Assembly: GCA_043228905.1 (NCBI GenBank)
Contig: JBHGNT010000951.1
Coordinates: forward strand, 1-13,448
Length of the DNA: 13,448 nt
Direction of reading: 5' to 3'
Source: Azolla caroliniana
Lineage: Eukaryota; Plantae; Polypodiophyta
Position 1 is the first letter of the stretch, and each line of letters begins with the position of its first letter. Shown here in pieces: positions 1-9,123 of this stretch. Position numbers and translations under genes: made by a program. The notes below the pieces were generated by a model. The model ran no database searches. It was not told where the DNA came from and saw only the letters and a list, made by a program, of their open reading frames with translations.

Positions 1-1577
1 AAACATCTCGATCAACCGCATCATAAGTCGTTGAGGTTTTTGGTATGGGTTGACAAGTTCCCGTTCTGTCGTGGTGACATGTCGCAATTTCCGGGTCACT
101 GCTGGATATACCAACAGATTTGAACCTCCCACTTCATTAGAATGCTCTTTGATTCTCTGTTTTTTAATTTCATCGAAGTAGCCAACGGTTATGTATTCAA
201 TGGCATTAACGAACCGAAAAGTTGGCCCTCTATTTACATTGGTCTTGATCCTATAAAAAATAATTCATCGAGTTAAGAATAGATTCAACAACCTTAAGAA
301 TTGCAATATAATGAAAGACACCTATAAATAATCCTTACCATGCAAGGTTCTCGATGCCATGGCAACGAGATCTCAAAGCTTGAGCTACCGAGTACCCTTG
401 GTCCATACTATGAAAGACAACTATTCGCCACAAGGATGCGGTCGTTAGCTCAGCGAAATCCTTGACCATCTTCTCCAATTGTTTAAACCTAAACGGTTCA
501 TCGTCGTATGATGACCCAGCCATTCGAAATCCGTAAGGAATATCCGCAATCATTAGCGTATATTCCTTCTTTGGCACCTTCTGGATCAAGTCGATGACAT
601 CACCGCAAACCACATTGTAGTAAAGATCTCTCGTAATATCTTTTTTGTGGCTAAATTTTTTAAACGAGCCATCTTCCTCCATTTCGTACGCCTTGACTAA
701 GCGACGATCCTTTTCTTTTCTGGCTCGCTCGAGATGTGCAAGGAAGGATGTAGGGAAATCGTGTATATCCTTAACTTCTCCTTGTTTCTTGCCTCGACAC
801 GGTTTCTAGTAGAAGCAATAGGACATCAGGTATTATTATACAAGCTCTACATATGATGAAAGGGTAATGAAAAAACATGAATACTAACCCAATCCTTGAA
901 TGCAATAAAATACTCTGATAACGCCTTATACGAAGACGTTAGAGGATAATCCTCGGTCACTTGTTCCCAAGTTATACATCCAAGTTGTTTCATCATAACT
1001 TCTTGGATCTTCATGTACACCTTATGACTGTAAAATTAGAAATCAAGATTAGAACTTTGAATTACACAAGATAGACTACAATTTCAGTATTTGAAAGACT
1101 TACTTATTGAACTCAGTGACCATTTCTTCAAGGCTTAAATCTTTCGCCACAACCCTTGACAAAACCGACACAAGAAGCTGCTCGTCCTTAATACCTTGCA
1201 TCGCTCTCCATAGAGACAGCTTCATGTCGTTTGCCGCTTCTTCAATTGTCAAGTCAATTTTCTTGGCGGCTTGTGACTTTAATTCTAGTTGAGGGTCAAC
1301 CCTACATTTCTTTTGTCGTTGACCCTTTACCTCCTTATTCTCCCACATTGAGAAGATTTGATCTTGGAGGTCCCATACTTCTCCATCTCTAAACGCCAAT
1401 TGAAACCAAGACTCATACTTTCGAAGACCATCGGACCTAACATTATCATCTACCACAATGCCGACTTCATGCAGACATTGACGTCGAAGGCCTGGATGTA
1501 ACTTCACACCAAACTTTTGTTTCACATCTGGGTCGAAGCATGCTACGGTGTACCAACTTTTGGCCAAAAATTTAGTA
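1..1577 (-). CDS. Spliced, partial beta-class DNA amino-(N6-adenine/N4-cytosine) methyltransferase with a helical N-terminal region; exons 1577-1104, 1027-889, 805-339, 250-<1 (~443 aa in window)
   Basis: Introns 1103-1028 (AA|GTAAGT...TTACAG, phase 2), 888-806 (TGG|GTTAGT...ACTAG, phase 0) and 338-251 (TG|GTAAGG...TTATAG, phase 2) are 76-88 nt and join one stop-free frame. The protein reads ...NVVCGDVIDLIQKVPKKEYTLMIADIPYG (motif III/IV; DIPY at 533-544), LAWIKTN, AIEYITVGY and VNPYQKPQRLMMRLIEMF (motif X-like; NPYQKP at 34-51). This catalytic-motif-first order is that of beta-class MTases. The FxGxG SAM-binding motif is expected just beyond position 1. An upstream acceptor TTTAG ends at 1578. 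Confidence 0.85.
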
Positions 1578-1645
1578 CTAAATCGAAGAAGAAAATAAAC
1601 ATTAAAAATTGTAAATAAGTTTCAAAAAACAAAAAACAAATTCAT

Positions 1646-1690
1646 TACGTCACACTCGAATGCACAAAGATATTGTACGTCACACTCGAA
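1646..1690. repeat. Perfect 15-bp direct repeat TACGTCACACTCGAA x2 (1646-1660, 1676-1690)
   Basis: Read directly from the sequence; 30-bp period. Confidence 0.9.
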
Positions 1691-1802
1691 ATGTCCCTAG
1701 GCCATATTTAATACATTAATTCTTGCCCCAGTCTCCTAGGTAGAGTTGTACGAAAGCACACCTGGAGAAGGTATCCATTGTGACAGTTGGTCAGTCTCAG
1801 TA

Positions 1803-1873
1803 TCTCTCTCTCTCTCTCTCTCTGGTATGGGTAGTCGAACGTGTCAATTGGTATGTCTCTCTCTCTCACTCAC

Positions 1874-1903
<30 letters not shown>
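1803..1903 (+). repeat. (CT)n/(CACT)n microsatellites in the probable promoter/5' leader between divergent genes
   Basis: TC run at 1803-1823 and TC/CACT run at ~1856-1903, followed by a pyrimidine-rich tract to ~2070. CT-rich leaders are typical of plant 5' UTRs. Confidence 0.9.
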
Positions 1904-1907
<4 letters not shown>

Positions 1908-2197
1908 GTCTCGAAGTTGTCAGACAGACAGTGGCAGAAAGTTAAAGAAAGACGACATATATATTACAGGTCTATCTCTCTGTTTCTTTCTTTCACTCCA
2001 CCTTCGATTCTTTCTGTTTTTTTCTTTCAAAGCTCTGTTTCTTTCTTTCTTTCTGTTTCTCTCTCTCACTCCACCTTCGATGCTCTGTTTCCCCGCGTAG
2101 CTGTTCTTGTGTTCCCCTCTGTGCCAGGTTCGATCTCTGAACGCAGAGATTTTTGTTTCCCCTGCTCGTTGTATGTGTTGTTGATTTTCCTTCCTTG

Positions 2198-2490
2198 TGT
2201 ATGCTCGTTTGTTTCCTCTGTCTATGCTCGTTTGTCTCCTCTGCAGCAGCCTCGTTTGTCGAAATCAACACGGTCTGGTACCTCTGCAAGTTGTACAACC
2301 TCCAGGTATTCTCTGTGTTGCATGCCCAATACTCAATGTTTTCTTTTTCTGAATGTTTCCTGTCTGTCTGTATGGTCGTTTGTTTCCTCTATCTATGCTC
2401 GTTTGTCTCCTCTGCAGCAGCCTCGTTTGTCGAAATCAACACGGTCTGGTACCTCTGCAAGTTGTACAACCTCCAGGTATTCTCTGTGTT
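2198..2490 (+). repeat. Near-perfect ~120-bp duplication (171-bp period); each copy contains a putative 59-nt non-coding exon (2247-2305 and 2418-2476)
   Basis: Both copies read pyrimidine tract-CTGCAG|CAGCCTCG...CTCCAG|GTATTC. An upstream donor CCAG|GTTCGA lies at 2127/2128. Confidence 0.8.
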
Positions 2491-2567
2491 TTTGTTTTCT
2501 CTGTGTTTCTCTGTGTTCCTTTTAAAAATGTATGAAAATATTTTGATCGAGGTGGTTGTGTGTTAGA

Positions 2568-2960
2568 CATGTTTGTACATGCAACGTAAATGGAGTTGGC
2601 TATGATGAGTTGCTATGTTTTCGTTTTGTTCTTGTTTCTTGTCCATCTGTTTTATTTTGTGTGAGTTTGACATGGATGAGTGTTTTTCCGACTATTTTGG
2701 GTTTTTGTGTGTTTGACATGGCTTGTACATGCGATGTGATGGAGTTGGCTATGATGATTTACAATGTTTTCGTTGGCTTGTGATGGAGTTGGCTTGTGTG
2801 TTTTACGATGTGATGGAGTTGGCTTGTACATGCGATGCGATGATTTACAATGATTTACAATGATGGAGTTGGCTATGATGATTTACAATGGAGTTTTTTT
2901 CCGACTATTTAGGGTTATTGTGTGTTTGACATGGTTTGTACATGCAATGAGATGATTTGC
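2568..2960 (+). repeat. Degenerate patchwork of short repeats (GATGGAGTTGGCT, ATGATTTACAATG, TTTGACATGGyTTGTACATGC) in a putative 5'-UTR intron
   Basis: Several shuffled copies of these motifs are visible between 2568 and 2960. Confidence 0.75.
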
Positions 2961-2999
2961 TATGTGTTGATGGTAATTGCTTGAGTTTTCTTCTAGTAC

Positions 3000-5900
3000 A
3001 TGCATATTCATTCCCTGAGAATTGTGTTGACTAGGACAATGACGAGAAGGACACCCATAAAGAAGACATTGATGAAAGAGAAAGTGAAGACACCAGTGAA
3101 GGAAGGAAGAAGGACACCCATGAAAGAAAGCAAGAAGACACCCACAAGAGAAAGGGTGATGAATTCATCAACACAGAGAAAGAAGATGTACCACTCCATC
3201 AGTCGAGACACACCTCTTGGATGGAATTATTTCCTTCGAGCACGACCTGACGTGTATCCAGAGTTGAGAGAGTGGTTGTTAAAAACCTGGGGGTCAGCAC
3301 ATCCCGACACAAGGCGAGGATTCCACATAAGTGGTTTGAAGAGGGAATACATGAATTTATTGAAGACGAGATACGAACATGTTTATGATACAAATCAAAT
3401 CACTAACAATGAGGTGGGTACTGTTTTTGCACGTGCTTTTGCATGTGAAGTTCAAGGTGGCATTGACGTAAATTGGGAAGATTTTAATCGGCACCGGTCA
3501 GAACATTACAAAGGGTCCTCCAGTACCAACACTGGCTTGAAGTCATCTGGAACCTCTCATGTGGATATTCTAGCTATAACACCTATCCACCAAGTTCTAG
3601 AGGCAAAGGTACGGGCCACAATGACTGAAAAGCATGAACAGATGATGGCCGGTTGCATAGCTTCTATGAGCTCAAGAATACAAACACTACTTGCTGATTT
3701 GGAAGCAGTTAAATCAGCTGAGATACAGGCAGAAAAGAAATTTTCTTCAATAAAAACTACATATGAATGGATTGCATCGACAATCCAAAATTCAGAAAGT
3801 GAGGTCTTGAAAGAGGAGTTGAAGAAAGAGCTAAACAATATGGGCACTCAATTAGGTTCACAGATGAGAGACCTTGATACTTGCAGGAATGCACATGAAG
3901 AAATAGATAATAAGTTGTCAGCCTTAAAGTTGCATTCTGAGAACCTTGCATGCTTGATGCAGGATTTAAAACAAAATGGTTTTGATACTTTGTGTCCATC
4001 TGTAATTGAGCACCCAAGTGGTATAGAAAGTACCATTATTAGTATAGCTATATCACGGTATTGGCTTTAAAAGTTATTTATTTCTACTTCTTTGGTATAA
4101 ATAAGTGAGCAACTAATATATTATAACTTGTGTTTGCAATCTTCCAGGTGTATATTTTGTGGCCTCGGATTCAAGCTGGAGGCTATGGATGTTGTGATTA
4201 CACCATGCTTGCACACATATCATGTGCTATGTGCTAAGTATCTTTTTGAGAAAGAGAATACATGTATGGACTGTAAAACTACAATTGCGGCTGAGTGGTA
4301 CTATGCTTGGGGTTTAAAAGTACACCCGTACGGTATGTGGCTCTACTATTCTATTGTTTGTATTATATGATGTCAATTAACATTTGGACTAGAACTAGTG
4401 TATGCCACAATTCATACTTCAAATTTAGTGTAATCTCTAACAACTATTATGTGGAACCCTAATTATGTGGGTTAGTATTGGCAGTACTCTTAATATATAA
4501 TTGGTATGTGTAGTTGAAGGGATATTTTCCACAATTAGTAGTACTAAAAGGGAACCAGGTACAACATCGTCCAATCTATATTGCAACTTGCCTAGTATTA
4601 GTTTAGTAAACACTATACTTATAGTACACTGTTGACTGTTAAGATTGTTTGTGTAACTTGGGAATTAGTACTAGTAATGTAATTTGGGAACAAGGTGTAT
4701 AGTAAATTGTTGAATAATAGTACAATTATTGTAATTTGGAAATGAGGTGTGTCAAACACATATCACGTTTAGTACTAATACTGTTCAAGATTAATACTGT
4801 TGGTGTAATTAGTACAAGTTATGTAACTAGGTGTGTAGAAGACATATCATGTTTAGTATTACTTGTGTGCAAAATACCAATCTACATTTGTTGGATTAGT
4901 ACTTAGTAAGTACTACATGGTTCATGATTAGTACTAGTTCTGTACTTTGTGAACTAAGTTACTAGTACATTGCTCATGATTAATACTAGTTTTGTAATTT
5001 GGGAACTGAGTAGTACTTTGTTCCTTATTAGTACTAGTTTTGTACCTTATTAGTACTAGATCAGTAATCTAGAAAATAAGTGAGTAGTACATTTTGTAGG
5101 ATTAGTACTAATTGTGTAATTTGACTAAGTCAGTGGTACATTGTTGAGTAGTACATTGTTCAGGATTAGTACTAATTGTGTAATTTGACTAAGTCAGTGG
5201 TACATTGTTCGGGATTAGTACTCCTTGTGTAATTTGCTAACTAAGTGAGTAGTATATTGTGCATGATTAGTACTACTTGTGTAAATTGGGAACTAAGTGA
5301 GCAGTACATTGTTCGGGATTAGTACTCCTTGTGTAATTTGGTAACTAAGTGAGTAGTATATTGTGCATGATTAGTATTACTTGTGTAAATTGGGAACTAA
5401 GTGAGCAGTACATTGTTCGGGATTAGTACTCCTTGTGTAATTTGCTAACTAAGTGAGTAGTATATTGTGCATGATTAGTACTACTTGTGTAAATTGGGAA
5501 CTAAGTGAGCATTACGTTGTTCGGGATTAGTACTCCTTGTGTAATTAGGTAACTAAGTGAGTAGTATATTGTGCATGATTAGTACTACTTGTGTAAATTG
5601 GGAACTAAGTGAGCAGTACATTGTTCGGGATTAGTACTCCTTGTGTAATTTGCTAACTAAGTGAGTAGTATATTGTGCATGATTAGTACTACTTGTGTAA
5701 ATTGGGAACTAAGTGAGCATTACGTTGTTCGGCATTAGTACTCCTTGTGTAATTTGCTAACTAAGTGAGTAGTATATTGTGCATGATTAGTACTACTTGT
5801 GTAAATTGGGAACTAAGTGAGCATTACGTTGTTCGGGATTAGTACTAGTTCAGTGATTTAGGAAATAAGTGAGTAGTACATTGTTCAAGATTAGTACTAC

Positions 5901-8009
5901 TTATTAATTTGACTTAGTCAGTGGTACATTTTTCGGGATTAGTACTTGTGTAATTTGGTAACTAAGTGAGTAGTATATTGTGCATGATTAGTACTACTTG
6001 TGTATGTTGTGCATGATTAGTACTAATCGTGTAAATTGGGAACTAAGTGAGCAGTACAGTGTTCCTTATTAGTACTAGTTCAATAATTTAGGAACTATGT
6101 GAGTAGTACATTGTTCATGACTGGTACATTGTGTAAAATGGGAAGCAGCTCTTGTGACCTACATTATATATTTTAGATGATGGTACTAACATTCAAGGTT
6201 TTTTTGTTTGTTGCAATGAATGTTGTAGTGTCAAGCAACTCCACGCCAGGGAAGGTAATGGAACAACCAGCCCCTGTGCCTAAACCCTCAATATCTGCTG
6301 CACATTCCAAGGTTCAGGGACCATCATTACCAATAACCTATGATTTTTATGATGAGGATGAATGTATGAGAAGGGCCATTGGAGCAGTGGAACATATGCT
6401 TCTACAAACAAATTCCCCAAGCTCCGGTCAACATCAAGAAATAGAGCCCACTAAGAAGAGAAATGCAGTTTCTTTACAAATAGAGCCCAGTAAGAAGAGA
6501 AATGCTGCAAGAATGTTGTATGGAAACGGCAAGAAAGGCAAAGTTGAATGCAATGGTGAGTCATATAAGTTCTCACCTGTCTGGAGCATTGTCAACCTAA
6601 TCCATTGTCTAATACCATGTACTTGTGTTACTAGCTGATGATGAAATGATATTTGGTGACGGAGATACGAGTCCAAAACCTGATCATGAAGACGAATTTA
6701 TCACACTCCCAGGTACACGTCAAAAGCCAGACTTTGAAAACAATGATTTAGCTCATAACAACCCTATTCTTGTTGTTATTATAGATCATAACAACACTGT
6801 TGAGCACCTAGATGTTGTGGAGAAGATGACCGAGCCCACCACTTGCAATGGGGTATCTACGGCTGTACAGTATGACGATGTAACATTAGGTAAAAATGTG
6901 GCCCTAAACCCTATGTTCATTGTTTGCAAACTTTTGAGTATGTGAGTTCATACCAATATTCTTTGGAATCCCATTAATTAGGTTTACAAGAGCAGTCTGA
7001 TTCCCAACTGCAATCAAATGAATCGGGAACTTCATGGAGCACAAGTGCAGAATCAGATTCCCATCAGAGTCAGAATCAAATTAACCTTTGCAAGGAGGCA
7101 GACTCTAGAAGCACATCTTCCACACATGAGGATTGTGAGAAAAACGAAGCATTCATATGTGAAGAGCAGCTGGCATGTACAAACAACACTATGTCTAAAG
7201 AAGCCTATGAGTGTGGAAAGAATATGGCAAGTACTGAAGAGAAGATTGAAGCCCATGAAGAGTGTGGAAAGAATATGGCAAGTACTGAAGAGAAGACTGA
7301 TTGTACTGATAATGTGGCAAGTGCTGAAGAGAAGACTGATTGTACTGATAATGTGCTAGTACTATCTAAAGATTCCCATGAGGATCATGGAAAGAACATT
7401 GCTAGTAATGAAGAGGAGCTTGATTGTACTGAGAATGTGCTAGTAGTGTCTTGTGAAGCCCATGAGGATCGTGGAAAGAACATCGCTTTCCCTGAAGATA
7501 AGCCTGATTGTACAGAATCCCATGAGGAGTGTAGAGTGAACAACGTTACTAATGAAGGTGGGCCTGATTGTACTCAGAGCGAACAACGTTGTCTTAAGAA
7601 TGAGGTGACATCCATCGTACAAGAGGAGTTGACCATGACTACTACCACGGTCCACATACAGGAGTCTAATAAGAACGAGTGTATAGGCATCGGTGATGAT
7701 GATAGGGCAATAAAGATCGCTAGGAGTACAAGCATTCAGGAGATGAGTGATAATTTGTCTATCGACAGCACCTTTGTGGATTTGTGTACAAGCATTGCAG
7801 TTGCAGAAAACATAGTCGCTCTCTCAAGCTTGCCACCAGTACAAGGTGCCCGCGCATCCACGCCTGTCTCTGATGCCTCTGATGATGAAGTGCCACTTAG
7901 TCAGCTCATACCTAAAGGCTTTAAGATAAAGAAGAATGTAAAATCAGAAAAATCTGGCACCAACAACAAGCGCATTACAAGATCGGCCAAGTTACCCTCT
8001 AGTGCCTGA
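3000..8009 (+). CDS. Spliced RING-H2 finger protein, ~965 aa; exons 3000-4057, 4148-4332, 4514-4558, 6229-6555, 6635-6889, 6982-8009
   Basis: Donors/acceptors are CG|GTATTG..TCCAG (phase 2), G|GTATGT..GTAG, CAG|GTACAA..TGTAG (branch-like TACTAAC at 6184-6190), G|GTGAGT..CTAG and TAG|GTAAAA..TTAG (all phase 1). Exon lengths sum to 2898 nt with no internal stop. The 45-nt exon is symmetric and optional. The start may be ATG 3000 or ATG 3039. Confidence 0.75.
4149..4274 (+). other. RING-H2 (C3H2C3) zinc finger domain
   Basis: CIFC-x15-CLHTYHVLC-x10-CMDC matches C-x2-C-xn-C-x-H-x2-H-x2-C-xn-C-x2-C. Confidence 0.88.
4900..6140. repeat. Intronic 52-bp minisatellite; homogeneous core of six 104-bp A/B dimers (5201-5824) with diverged flanking monomers
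   Basis: A = TACATTGTTCGGGATTAGTACTCCTTGTGTAATTTGCTAACTAAGTGAGTAG; B = TATATTGTGCATGATTAGTACTACTTGTGTAAATTGGGAACTAAGTGAGCAG. Dimers start at 5201, 5305, 5409, 5513, 5617 and 5721. The array lies in intron 4559-6228; outer limits are approximate. Confidence 0.95.
7120..7575 (+). repeat. In-frame coding repeats (HEECGKNMASTEEKxDCTDNV-like) in the last exon of the RING gene
   Basis: Repeated peptides YEC/HEECGKNMASTEEK, TDCTDNV x2, HEDHGKNIASNEEELDCTENV, HEDRGKNIAFPEDKPDCTE and HEECRVNNVTNEGGPDCTQ, with matching nucleotide repeats. Confidence 0.85.
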
Positions 8010-9123
8010 TTGTCTTTCGATTGTACTTGAACTTTAGTTGTTAGTGATGTCTGAAATTGAACTATTTGGATACCAAAATACTGTTTCAATTGCCAATGTA
8101 AAAAATCCAGTTCATGAATCTGAAATAGTTATACCAGTGTGAAATCAAGTTCATGTTTAAGGATTGCTTCTATATTTTGCTCATCAACATATATCAAAAA
8201 CAATGGGAATATACTTTTTGATCTAAGTATTCTTATTTTACAACGTTTTGTTTCTTTTTTGAGATCATCTCCTAATCCTCGCAAAGTCTTTCAGTCTATT
8301 GTAGATAAAATGCTTGAAAGTCTTCTTAGCTTGCTAGGAAAATTTAGGTTTTTAGGTGTTGATGATGAGAAACAGAAAATATCGGGTATCGGGTGTTATT
8401 GAAGATATCCTGAAGTATAGACTGTTTCATCAATCCCATTTGGACGGTAACCAGAATGTGTGCAAATTGTTGAAGCAATGTGGGCCATATTTTGATGATA
8501 TCATCCCAAAGGATGAATCATCCACTAACAGTAGTAAGGAAACACTTACCTTTTTGAGCTATCACAAATTATTGTTTCAGAAGTTGGATTATTTTGTTAA
8601 GGAAAGGAAGGTTTGTACTTTAAAATCCATAGCCTGGATATTCAGGACTTATATACAAGAAGTAAAAACTCAGATGGCTTCACAGGACATATCATGAAAC
8701 AAAAAAGGATTCTGAGAGAATAATTTTCATTGTTGTCTTCACAGAATTCATCGCCCCCTTTGAAAAATGAACTTACAGTAGAAAATCTTACAATATTAAA
8801 GTCTTTAATGAATTCAACTAACAATCTTCTCTTGGTAGCAAAAGAAGAGCAGATTTATGTGCCAACAGAGGACACACCAACTCTGCAAAACTCCTATGCT
8901 CAAATAACATCAGGAAACATGAGCAATATCGGCAATGAAGAAATCCAAGTCCTGTTGATAACAACTAATATATTATGAAAGATAAGTACAAGTGGTTGAG
9001 AGGCATAAACCCTTTGGAAGAAAGACGAAATATATCAATTCATTTGTCAATCATCAAAATTAATAGTGAACTCCAAGTGGATGTTTTTCAGTTTTCTAGT
9101 ACAATGTATTGATAGGGTGACTT

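Noticed and set aside
533-544. Assignment as MT-A70/METTL3-4 or as a C5-cytosine MTase
   Set aside because: MT-A70 proteins have DPPW and lack the PxQKP motif in this form. C5 MTases need PC and ENV motifs, which are absent.
1-1577. Bacterial restriction-modification locus or bacterial contamination
   Set aside because: The MTase is split by three phase-consistent GT-AG introns, and no endonuclease or operon structure is visible.
1690-1760. Calling a specific TIR/TSD (e.g. GAG at 1743)
   Set aside because: The partner end lies outside the window, so no inverted match or TSD can be verified.
1746-2783. ORFs 1746-2525, 1780-2100, 1993-2298, 2153-2566, 2353-2535 and 2556-2783 as proteins
   Set aside because: They are low-complexity translations of CT/GT-rich sequence (which lacks stop codons) and of the 171-bp duplication. 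A promoter/5' UTR/intron reading explains them better.
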